Of a stretch of 64,000 nucleotides of DNA, positions 50,212 through 60,591 are shown piece by piece (the stretch's first letter is position 1; each line of letters starts with the position of its first letter). Location: positions 32,001-96,000 of the IMG/VR virus record IMGVR_UViG_3300020182_002648; one strand, written 5' to 3'. Under the pieces are notes generated by a model. It searched no databases. It was not told where the DNA came from and saw only the letters and a program-made list of their open reading frames with translations. A program made the translations under genes and the position numbers. The DNA comes from a virus.

Positions 50212-50786
50212 AAAAAAACATCAGTTGATGTGTAACACGACGTGGATATAATTAGTAATTGGGTCCCGCGGGTTGTGACATACAACTGATGTTTTTAAGG
50301 TGAGGGGGCGCCCGCTACGCAGTTACCACCCTATAAAATGGTTGGGGAGAGGCTACTCTTCAGCCTTCTCTCAACACGTCTCTAGTTACCGCCAGAATGT
50401 CTCTGCAACTTGATGGCCGATTAAGCCGCTCGCAATCACTTGATCGTTGAGCCTCTACTACAGAGATCTTGTTCGCACTACGCTCCTAGATTCGTTGTTA
50501 TGCGACTAAGGAAGGCCTTGAATTTTACTTCTCACCTCCAGGAGACATACCTATAGTTTAAGTATAGGGGTTGGCAGACGTGTACCACATGGCGAGTTGT
50601 TAGCTCGATAGACTTTCCTTGGTCTAGCCTCAATCACTTGATCGTTGACCCCTTGCCGCAGCAAGGACATGTGTGCCAGTGTCGCTAAGGTAGCGACTTC
50701 TACTGGCGTCCCACCATGACGACCGTCGAAGTCATGGTATTAAAATTTAAATGTAAAAGAACGATTTGCCGACTCATCGGCGGTAT
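50212..50786 (-). ncRNA. Large highly structured non-coding RNA (unassigned class)
   Basis: No credible ORF; GC-enriched; more than 10 helices; own promoter, boxB/boxA-like leader and terminal hairpin with U-tract. Confidence 0.8.
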
Positions 50787-50792
50787 ATTTAT

Positions 50793-50823
50793 ATTATAGT
50801 GACTATCGCCACTGTAGGCAACT
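50793..50823 (-). promoter_or_regulatory. Early promoter of the ncRNA
   Basis: AG-TTGCCT-17bp-TATAAT. Confidence 0.85.
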
Positions 50824-50985
50824 ATTGTTTTTCTTTCTCTTCTTCTGGTACAATGTAGCTAGCGATTGTGGTTAACACATCCTCCAACTTGAGGACAGAG
50901 TCAGCTAGACTGTTGATTGTGTCTTCTAAGATCTGCACTCTACTCTCAAGTTCGATGATTTTACTGCTAGTTGGATCGTGACTCA

Positions 50986-51763
50986 TTATCGTGACCTGGT
51001 GCGTGAGTGATAATTACGATTGTGATTATGAACGCGACGACGATTCCGGTTTTTGTAATGATGCTCAATCAATAGAGACACTTCATCACGATGCATGTTA
51101 CGCTTGGTGATAATCTTAGGCGTCTCAGCATTTCTACCTGACGTGTCTGTGATCTCAATCAAGAAGTTCTCAACACCATCAGCTTGTTGTCCGGTGTTAC
51201 CACCAGTCACTGTGATGTTGTAGCCTGAACTCAATGTACCTTGAGCAATACATCCTGTGTTGGGTACCACCATTGGGTGAAATACGAGATTAGCGAAAGA
51301 GGCGATTTGATCCTGATTTTTGTTCATAGTGTGTTTGTTAGGTGTCTAGTTATTAATGCTAAGTCTTCAATCTCTTTATTGAATCTTGTTAAATTGTGTG
51401 TTGTTGCGTAGAAGATGGCTGACTTGAATCGTAACAACACGTCGTTCATCAACTCATCGCTAGGTTTGTCATCATTCTTCACAGCGTCATCGCAAATGGC
51501 ATCCCATAGATCACCAGCGAAGAAATCAGTTACATCTGTCCAGTTTTGGTCGTCTTCATTCATGTGTTGTGTTATTTAGCGATTACTACGAAGGCGTCTA
51601 AGACGAACTCTAAGATGGCCCACCCGATAAACATGCAAAGCCCGCCGACTGCCATAACTCTGGCTTGAGCTGGGAAGAGAAAAAACCCTCCGATTAACAT
51701 GCAGCTCGCGATGAATATCGCTAAGACTACACCCATTGATCCTATTTCTATTTCTGGTGGCAT
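50986..51763 (-). CDS. Three hypothetical genes (50986-51327, 51324-51563, 51572-51763 two-TM)
   Basis: ORF track; leader before 51763. Confidence 0.6.
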
Positions 51764-51825
51764 AATATGTAATTATTTAATGTTATTGTCGTTGTTAAAA
51801 TTTAATTATAATCTATTCTAGCTGA

Positions 51826-52779
51826 TCAGGCAACTAATAGATGTTCAACCGCTACTCGTTTGGCTCGAGCCTGCATGCCTGATCCTAGATTGCTGATAAA
51901 CTTACGGGCAGACGGGTTCTTGCTACTCTTGGCATGGTGATCAAGATACTCTGTGACTGCATTCATCATGTCATAGCGTGTCTTCCCTTCATTTCCCATA
52001 CCCTCTTTGAAGAGATGAATAAGATCATCCACTCGATTGTTCATCATGGTCTTGCTTCTGTCTGATTTCAATTTAGCAGCCTTCTTGACAGTCTCTTTGT
52101 CTCGGAAATCATTGAAGAAGTTCTGAGCGAATGATTTAGCCTGTCCTTCGCTCATGTTCACCTTGTACAATTTACTTGCGATATGTTGAAACTCTTTGAT
52201 CTGTCCTACACTCCTGCTGAACGCATCACGAGCCTGAGTCAAGTTGTCCTCCCATGTGGTTGAATGTCTCACACCGAATCCTCTGTCCTTGCTAGCAGCA
52301 GACAATGAGGCCATCATGTTGTTACAGATGATTCTGTTGTTGTATGACAGGAATGAGTTGCGTCTCATACCATCATGATACACTATCATGACCACTCGTT
52401 GCTCAAATTTATCATCCTTGTTGTTCGCAGCCTTAAAGTTCTCTGGAAGTTTAGCACTCACCCAACAGGTCTTTCCGTGATTAACAATTCCGGCGGATTC
52501 ATAAACCGCCCCGGCGTCTTTGACTGTCTCATCAAATGGCGCGAACATGTCTTCATTGTCAACGATGTTGTAACGATCACTACATGTACCTAACACGAAA
52601 TGATTGTCCTCACGACGCAACAGATACTTACCAGACACTTCATCACCTTCAGGTGTGTGCATTGGTACTTTCTCCATTTTGAAGTTGAGTTGGCTCCTCT
52701 CAAGGACGTTACTAAAGTCGATTTCACCGGTCAAGTCTGTGCCGGTTTTCTTATCTAAGCTGGTTAATTGACTGATCAT
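51826..52779 (-). CDS. DUF932 family protein
   Basis: YESAG....GK..W, HDG, RIICNN, VRH, NAVTEY.DH motifs. Confidence 0.8.
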   Translation of the reverse strand: MISQLTSLDKKTGTDLTGEIDFSNVLERSQLNFKMEKVPMHTPEGDEVSGKYLLRREDNHFVLGTCSDRYNIVDNEDMFAPFDETVKDAGAVYESAGIVNHGKTCWVSAKLPENFKAANNKDDKFEQRVVMIVYHDGMRRNSFLSYNNRIICNNMMASLSAASKDRGFGVRHSTTWEDNLTQARDAFSRSVGQIKEFQHIASKLYKVNMSEGQAKSFAQNFFNDFRDKETVKKAAKLKSDRSKTMMNNRVDDLIHLFKEGMGNEGKTRYDMMNAVTEYLDHHAKSSKNPSARKFISNLGSGMQARAKRVAVEHLLVA

Positions 52780-53048
52780 ATTTATATTATAATGTATATT
52801 GTATTGATGGGCAACTATTACATGCCCCATTCGTTAGTTACTTTAAGTTCGAACTTGGTCATCACCACATCATCTGACACTCGATCAGTGTGAGAGCAAG
52901 TGTATCCCCATGGTTCCAATCGTGTCAACATATATGAAAGGTATCTTTCTCTATGTTTGACTAGATATGAGTACTCTTTCTCGATTATAACCTCCATCAG
53001 ACTGATGCTAAATTCTTCTAATATCGACCTGACCGGCTTCCGTACCAT

Positions 53049-53777
53049 TTAGTCAACAGTTGCTTCAGCGAAAGCTTCTGCTTGAGTCTTTACCAAGATT
53101 GTCTCATAATGCGATATCATGTGTTCTAAAGCATCCTCCACAAACTCACGTTGACTCATGGAGCTAGCCTCCACTACATTTTTCAATCGCTCCTTGAAGG
53201 AACTGTTGACTATCAACGAGAAGTAACGATCATGTGTCTTCTTGACGTTTTTTCTTCTCAAGCCATTGAACAAAGACTCATCTGCATCTACTTTCTTGAT
53301 AGCTTCAATTGCTGGTTGGTCAAGTTTAGTGTGTGACCATCCTCGAGTACCGGACCGCTCAACAGTCAATCCGAATCGCTCGGCAGCTGTCTTGAACTTC
53401 TTATTATGGTACTGACCTCCACTGCAATCACTCACCTTCTCCACACATGCGTTCCACAGATGAGCCATCTCATGTAACAATGTTTCTAACAAGCATGAGG
53501 CACCTCTAGAGAGATATTCAGCACTCAAATTGATCTCAGGAACACTGTCACCTACTAAGTTGTCTTTCCAGAAACCATTTCCAAACCACCCGTAGGCATT
53601 GCGACGACCACTCTCTTGAATGGTTATGACTACATTGGGTAGTTTGTTCTCTGCGAACGTCGCGTTAAAAATGTCAAATGCACGATACAGCTCAGAATAC
53701 AATTGCTGGCTTCGTGATGCGGGACTAGAGACATACCTTCCGGTTTTTTGATCTCTATATTTGGTTTTCTGTTTCAT
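53049..53777 (-). CDS. SprT-like zinc metalloprotease with C-terminal RHH-like region
   Basis: TLLHEMAH (HExxH), YHNKKFK. Confidence 0.8.
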   Translation of the reverse strand: MKQKTKYRDQKTGRYVSSPASRSQQLYSELYRAFDIFNATFAENKLPNVVITIQESGRRNAYGWFGNGFWKDNLVGDSVPEINLSAEYLSRGASCLLETLLHEMAHLWNACVEKVSDCSGGQYHNKKFKTAAERFGLTVERSGTRGWSHTKLDQPAIEAIKKVDADESLFNGLRRKNVKKTHDRYFSLIVNSSFKERLKNVVEASSMSQREFVEDALEHMISHYETILVKTQAEAFAEATVD

Positions 53778-53820
53778 GTCTTTATTATATACTATTGAAT
53801 TGTGTTGTGCAACTTAAAGT

Positions 53821-54803
53821 TTAATATCCCCAATCGAATCCATCACGTCGGAATAGATTGATCTTACCATCATGAGATTTATACTCCTTGATGTATTGCT
53901 TTGCGTTATTCTCTTTTGCTTTAGTGTGTCGCTTGAGCACTCTGTCTCTCTCAGCATCTCTTTTCTTCATTACCTTGGGGTCGTCATATTGATTACCCAG
54001 GCGATACTCTTGGGAACCACAGGACGATAGAAACAATACAGAAGTTATTAATAGTGCTTTCATTTTGTCATGATATAGCAATCCTCTTTGCTTTTGTCAA
54101 TTCCAAGGCATGGATAAATCTTACGGTCATCTCCTAGAACAGTATATGTTGCATGACCGTTATTCTCGAACGTAAGCTCCGTTACTGTTCCCTTGCGGTA
54201 AGACCCGGCATGATAAAACCACACCCTGTCTTTGATCTTTCTTTTGTGTCTCTTAGGAAATGTCTTTTTCTTCATGTCCTGGTAATTCTCTAGCGTATGA
54301 TTCTATCAAAGCTATACATGATTGAGCTAGCGCTTCAACTGACGGTGCCATGATATCAACTGGCTTGGGTTTGCCATTCTTTCCTGGTTTGCTTATCTCT
54401 AGTCTCTCTTTGCTCAACTCGATCAAGTTCCTGATTGCGATTGATTGCTTGAGTGTTGGAGATGTATCAGACATCATGACGTCATTTATACCGAATGGGT
54501 GTCGGCAGCTAAACCAAAACGCTTTCATTTCATCCTTGAACCAGCTCATCTCTTTTTGTATCGATTCCTCTTGATGTTGTTAGCTACAAATTCTTCTGCC
54601 ATTTTGACTCTCTTCTCGAGAGACTTGCCTCGAGGCCATCCCTTGGTGAATATTATACTCTCCAAGCCTGTACTGATCATATTCTCGTACTCGAATACAT
54701 CCTTCTTCTTTATCAAGAGTATGGTGATCCCGTCATCAAAATGAACTGAGTAACGTGCAGCTAGTTCTCCTCCTCCGTTGTATAATGAGCTTATAATCTT
54801 CAT
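53821..54803 (-). CDS. Four small genes incl. lipoprotein 53821-54063 (LSS-C) and SH3-like 54060-54275
   Basis: Overlapping start/stop packing. Confidence 0.55.
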
Positions 54804-54978
54804 AGAAGCCAGCTGGCGATAAATCCTAGTGTTTTCATAAATTTTAGTTCTGGTAATTGAGCGAACTTATAGAAACGCTTCCACCAACTCTTGCTAAATA
54901 CCCAGTCTCGAGATTTGATGTACTGTGTTCTTATTAGCCTCATAATACAATTATAATGTCAGGTGATGTGATGCGCAA

Positions 54979-55476
54979 CTACTTAAGCTCCCATGGGAAC
55001 ACGATCCATTGATCATCCTCCACACACTTGTAATAGTAGTCTGGTGTGAATGATGTTCCTCGTTTGGTGAATATTGATGCAGTTTGAATAGGGTTACCGA
55101 AAGCCTCTTTCACATGGTTCACAACATGTCTCAATGTATTGCCTTTATCAGATATATCATCCACAATAAGAACTGGTTGTCCTTTGGAGAGACCCGGGCA
55201 ATTGATAGGTAAGCGTTGATATGTACGTATGCTGCTTTGTATGTCTTCTACATATCCGTTACTGGTGTCGTAACTCGCAACTCCCATGCTATAAACTTCT
55301 CTGACACCCATCAGGTTTGCGAAGGTTACAGCTGGTACCCATCCACCTCGGCTCAATCCGATGATCACTTGCGGTGGTGGAGGATGATATGTCTTGACTA
55401 TCTCTCTGCAAGCACGTTCTATGTATCTCCAGCTATAATGCTTCTTTTTACTCGTCCACTTGCGAATCCAGCTCAT
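54979..55476 (-). CDS. Type I phosphoribosyltransferase (Gpt/Hpt-like)
   Basis: LSRGG.VPA, PRPP loop VLIVDDISDKGNT, WIVFPWE. Confidence 0.88.
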   Translation of the reverse strand: MSWIRKWTSKKKHYSWRYIERACREIVKTYHPPPPQVIIGLSRGGWVPAVTFANLMGVREVYSMGVASYDTSNGYVEDIQSSIRTYQRLPINCPGLSKGQPVLIVDDISDKGNTLRHVVNHVKEAFGNPIQTASIFTKRGTSFTPDYYYKCVEDDQWIVFPWELK

Positions 55477-55848
55477 CGTTTAATTCAGTAAGGTTTTCGA
55501 TTGCGTCATTGAGACTTTCGAGAGTATCACCAGGTTCGATTGTGCAAGCATAAGCGTCGAGCGAGTATTCAAGTTTTTTGTATAAGTCATCTAATGTTGT
55601 TATATACTTCGCAAGATCTTTAGGCATAAACTTATTTATGCTCCTCCTGATCCAAAGTCGAGAAAAGTTCCAATTGATCTTTATTTTCTGTATTCAATGT
55701 TACGTTAGTGTCCCATATCTCTGTAACAATCTCATTAGCTAACTCTTCTTGAGCTCTGGAGCTACTCAGATTCACTTGACCTTCGTACTTGTCACTGAAC
55801 CGCTTGATAGTGGTTGTAATTTTGTTTTTAATATCGTTTAACATAAAG

Positions 55849-56826
55849 TTATTTGTTTTGCGCGGCGAAAGCTAGGATGTTATCTTCTCTTGACTCAAGC
55901 TCTTCAGCTGATAAAGTCCATACACCAGCAGTACCACGACCGTCTTTATTAGCTTTACCAATAGTAACTAACTCTCTTAACAAGTTATAAGCACGATTCA
56001 CGTTATCTTCTAGAAGTTTAGAAGCCTCGCTGATGTTGATACCGGTTGGTGACTTGCTCATAGCGTCAAGTAACGCTTCACGGTCAGCAGCTTTACGGTC
56101 AGCCTTACTACTAACTTTAGTAGTGCTTTCCTCATCACGGATAACAACCGCATCGAAGTCATAACCGTGAGGACCGATGACAGTCTCAAGCTCATTACAA
56201 GGACCGAATCGATTCTTCTCAAAATACACAACCCGGGCACCGTCATTGTCAACATCGTCGATACGATCGATCTTGAGGTTAGAGTCAACAGTATGAGGAA
56301 CAATTGTACCACCCTTGAGCTCACCACTCTTGGTCAAGTGCATGATGAATACTACAGTACATTCTGTATCTTTAGCGCGCTTAGTCAAAGTCTGTACAGC
56401 ATATTTCTCAAGCTGACGACTGTTCATTTTAGTCTTGCTAGTAAGAGCTTGAAATGAATCGATAACAATAAAGTCAAGATCAGTCATGTACTCACAAATC
56501 TCATCAATATCAGTCATGTTGGCGATTTGTACTCTCTTAGCATTAACTCGATTAGCAGTAAATGCTAACTGATAAATGCTCTCTTCACCAGAGAAATAAC
56601 CAGTCTTGTAACCGTTACGATCCATGCCGTCTAACAACTGCAACATGAATGTAGTCTTACCACAACCAGCTTTCGCAGTCAAAGTCAAAGCACTACCAGG
56701 TAGAATGCCTTCATCGAACAACGCATCAATCTTCGTGATGCCAGTTTTGAGGCGACGATTAAAGATGTCAGGGATAGTGATATCACATACCCTGGTGAGT
56801 TTGGTTGTTGTTAAGTCTAGATCCAT
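55849..56826 (-). CDS. RadA/Sms-like RecA-fold ATPase
   Basis: AKAGCGKTT, SGEES, IVIDS, KNRFG signature; no C4 Zn finger or LonC; HTH-like tail. Confidence 0.8.
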   Translation of the reverse strand: MDLDLTTTKLTRVCDITIPDIFNRRLKTGITKIDALFDEGILPGSALTLTAKAGCGKTTFMLQLLDGMDRNGYKTGYFSGEESIYQLAFTANRVNAKRVQIANMTDIDEICEYMTDLDFIVIDSFQALTSKTKMNSRQLEKYAVQTLTKRAKDTECTVVFIMHLTKSGELKGGTIVPHTVDSNLKIDRIDDVDNDGARVVYFEKNRFGPCNELETVIGPHGYDFDAVVIRDEESTTKVSSKADRKAADREALLDAMSKSPTGINISEASKLLEDNVNRAYNLLRELVTIGKANKDGRGTAGVWTLSAEELESREDNILAFAAQNK

Positions 56827-57339
56827 TTTATTATATGTTAGGTGTTGTTATCTTGTTATACTATAATTATAACGTATTTGAGTAGTATGCGCAACTTTAT
56901 TATTTGTCATCTGCTGTGTCTGGTTCGCAGCATTCTTCTGCGAAATAGGTGCTTTTGATCTCAGTGGAAAGTTTCTGTTCATTTGACTGGCGAATCGCGC
57001 CCATCATGACTTCGCTCTGTTCCCTATGAATATAATCATCAGTCCCTTTGCTGAATATGTCATCAAAATTGTCTCCATATTGCGTTATGTTGTAAGGTCT
57101 TGGTTTGCTTCCTTTGCTCATATGTATATTATAACCTCACTCTTCAGAATGTTCAACTTCTTTCTCCTGTTGTATCAACTCGCGAGACACTTTCTCGGCT
57201 CTGACTACAATTTCTGGATGTGCATCATCGATCCACCAGTCAACAATTTGTCTCTTGTATAAAGCGATCTTGTCATCCTCAGTGAAATCTATAGTGTATT
57301 TGTTTATTTTGACCTCGTCCATATATAAATAATAACATA

Positions 57340-57735
57340 ATGAAGACGTTTAAGCAACATTTTAGTTCAGTATTAGCAGAAATGACCCGTCCAGGTCTAG
57401 CCAGATACTTCAAGACATCAGAGAGAACAGGAGAGACTAAGTTTAAGAGTCGTCAATACGAAGATGATACTAATGATCTTCTACGCAGAGCACAACGCAC
57501 AGTGAGCAAGCTCGATCAAGGAGACAAGGAGTCCATAAGGAGTGAGATAGCTGAACTGTTGTTCAAGATCGACATGATGTATGATGCATCAGGTGACGAG
57601 AGAACTGATGCAAAAGGTGACCTAGCTCGTAAGCGTACAGAAATCATCAAGAGAGCCAGACAAATGAACGCCATGCCCACTTACGGAGAGGCAGTTCAAT
57701 TTGCTAGAGATTTAAAGATAATACTGAGAGGTTAA
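57340..57735 (+). CDS. Candidate internal head protein
   Basis: TATAAATA at 57324; N-terminus MKTFKQHF...LAE resembles T4 internal-protein capsid-targeting sequence. Confidence 0.6.
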   Translation: MKTFKQHFSSVLAEMTRPGLARYFKTSERTGETKFKSRQYEDDTNDLLRRAQRTVSKLDQGDKESIRSEIAELLFKIDMMYDASGDERTDAKGDLARKRTEIIKRARQMNAMPTYGEAVQFARDLKIILRG

Positions 57736-58052
57736 TGAACCTCGTTATTGACGGTAACTTGGTTTACCCTCCTAGCGAACTGTCTTGTATTAGAGACATA
57801 ACATTGTATAGCTCTATCTACAGTGACCTCACAATCGTTGTTCAGATTTGGCCTGAGTTGAAAGATGATGTCTGGTTCAGATTGAAAGCAGCTGGAGCCA
57901 TGGATTATGTGTATGAGATAACTGATCCGGAGATCGATGGTATTGTCATAAGCGATGCTAAAGGTAGTAACATCAGAGTTGATGAGATAACATGTGACAA
58001 TTTAAACAGTATTCTCAATCGATTGAGACCCTGGATTGATCTACCTATTTAG
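57735..58052 (+). CDS. Hypothetical protein
   Basis: Translationally coupled to upstream gene. Confidence 0.55.
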   Translation: MNLVIDGNLVYPPSELSCIRDITLYSSIYSDLTIVVQIWPELKDDVWFRLKAAGAMDYVYEITDPEIDGIVISDAKGSNIRVDEITCDNLNSILNRLRPWIDLPI

Positions 58053-58987
58053 TGTTGCTTTTCTTTTCAGCTACATTCTTACGACTCTTGCGTACCTGCT
58101 CCATATACTCGCGATGCTTCTCTAGTCGCTTCTGAGCTTCATTAGCTTTATCCCAGGCAGCCATTACTGATGGATCCTTGATAGGTGATTTATCAGAGCC
58201 GTACAATGTATGCTTCTCGTCTTTGACAGCCTTGTTAGCATCTCCATCCAATTGTTGTAATTTATCAATTGCCTCGTAGTTGTAAGGCATCCCGGACGGT
58301 CGATGTTTAGGTGAAGATGGTGAAGACGACATTCCGTTGTCTAACTTATAAACATAAAACATACCATTACCTACCTTCTTGATACCTGGTCGATTTTGCG
58401 ACAGATCCTTTGGTGCTTGTAACTTCTTTAAGAAATTACCAATCATGCTCTCACCGTTAGTTGTGATTGGTAATAACAATGTTATTAATGTCAAGGTGCG
58501 TATGTATTTGTTCATGTCAGTATTCAGTTTGATATTAGTCCTCACGACGTCTTGGCAACACTTCAATCCGATCCATCTTACCGAGAGCTCGTTCATATCT
58601 CTTCTCGTAATCGATGATCGCATTTGCTCGACTAGCGGCTTCCATATTTTCAGCTTGCGTTCTAGCAACATCAGCTTCTGCTTGCAATGTTCTTTCTCTG
58701 GCTGCTAGCACATCAAACTCATCAATCGATTGACCGAACATGATACTCTCACGAGACACATATCGACTGCTCTCACGACGTTTGATGTTTCTGTCTAGGT
58801 CACGATCGCGGGCCTGCTCACGAGCTTCTAAAATCTCATTGCGTTCAGCGATGATGTTCTTAGCATCCCGACCAGTCGCGTAGTCTCCGGTGCTAGGGTC
58901 ATAAACAATGGTCTTCGATCGACATCCTACATTGAAGAGGATGGTCAGTGTTGCAGCGAGTTTCACTAATTTTAGTTTGTTTTTCAT
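58045..58987 (-). CDS. Secreted protein (58045-58515) and lipoprotein (58535-58987, NVG-C)
   Basis: N-terminal signal peptides. Confidence 0.55.
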
Positions 58988-59217
58988 AATCTTGTTTAAT
59001 ATGGTTATCGTTGGCGTATATCTAAGTATACGTCTATTTTCTCAAAGCGCAACTTATTTAAATATGCATCCGCTTTGTGATCGTCACTCCAGTCTGAACA
59101 TACAAGAACGCTAGCGATCAACGCTAACGTTCCTAGTACGGCATATAAAGTGATACCTTTGTTGTTTTTGTTCATTCTATAATTATAGAGATATAATCAT
59201 AGACAGGCAACTAATTA

Positions 59218-60517
59218 TCAATCATCCCATGGATCATCATCAATCTCTTGATTACAATCAAGTGAATCCTCTACTGAGAAACTCACTTCATTAGAATGTG
59301 CTCCTGAGTTGATGATATTAGTAAAAATCTCCAGCTCATCACTAGTGAGATACAACGCGCCTGTATTGTTTCCATCAATTTCTAATACTGCATGCACTGA
59401 ACCAGATTCAGCTCGCGAGGCGATCAGTAGCTTCAATGCTTGCATCATTATGCGGGTGCAGGAGCCGGGGCGTCCTCACTCGTAACTTGAGCCTGCTCAG
59501 CATCTGCTTGAGCTTTTTCAGCCTGTTGTACCGCTTCAACGAATGCAGTCTTGATCTCCTTGATCTTCTCTTCATCAGCGTCACTCACGATAGTGTCAGC
59601 ATCTCTCAGAGATACTTGCTGTACTAATGTTACAACCTGATTCAATGTGATATTGTTCAGAATGTTATTTGCTACGAAATTGACAAGTTCTTGCTTGTTC
59701 TCGATCTCGGGCTTTGCGTTAGATTTTGTGTCTTTACTCGTACTTTTTTTCTTGGCCATATAATTATATATTATGTTTAAGGGTTAAATCAACTGATTCT
59801 AGTCTTTTTCAACTAGATATGTTCCTAAATTCTCTGACAAAACTTCGCATGCAGCAATGATAGAAGCTTTGATCTCAGGATCTTCCTCACCTATGCTAGT
59901 CTCATATACATCTAGTATGAAATCGTGAGTGATTTCTTGCTTCACCTCTCCTGTATCCATGTCGTGTGTCTCTTTATTGTTTTTGTTACTCATAGTTCTT
60001 CAGTTAGAGTCTCGATCTTTTGTTCGATCTTCTCTATCTTAATATCTAGTATAGATACTTTGCTAGCCAATTTCAACCTTTTTTGTTGAACATCGATAGC
60101 ATCCACATGAACATCAGTGATAGCTTCTATGTTATCAATTTTTGTTCCTAATTTATTCTTGTCAATTGCTTCTAGTTTAGCCAATTGCACTCTGAGAGAC
60201 TTCTCTTTGGTTAACTGAGTCAACATCTCTCTGTTGGTACGTGAGCGCTCTCTCTGCAGATCGTCTCGATCTTCCTCTAGCTTGCTGATCTCATGAATCT
60301 TTTTAGTATCATCCAGATCATCACTCAAATCATCCACCTTTCCTCTGTCCTTAGCGTTTACTTGTGCGTACAGTGCGTCAGTACTTGAGGAACTAGATCC
60401 TGTAGGTATCATACTCTTAGCACGGTCAAATGCATTGTTCATTGAGGATGTACATCCAATGTTCAGTGACATTGCTGCAGCTAGAAGGGAGTATATATAG
60501 ATCTTGGTCTTTCTCAT
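59218..60517 (-). CDS. Four hypothetical genes incl. coiled-coil lipoprotein 59990-60517 (NIG-C)
   Basis: ORF track, promoters. Confidence 0.6.
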
Positions 60518-60591
60518 GGTAGTAATAATATTGGTTTACGAATAATCTTGATTCGCTAATTATACTATGATCTATACTTAACGGCAACTTC

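Noticed and set aside
50420-50625. RNase P RNA (AAGGAAAGUC and CGGCUUA on the minus strand)
   Set aside because: P4 would form only about 5 bp and the other conserved regions are missing or out of order
50304-50716. tmRNA or tRNA-like molecule on the plus strand (GGGGCGCC...GGCGTCCC-ACCA)
   Set aside because: G-U falls at pair 4 rather than 3, no T-loop (TTCRA) or D-loop motif, and no tag ORF ending in Ala-Ala
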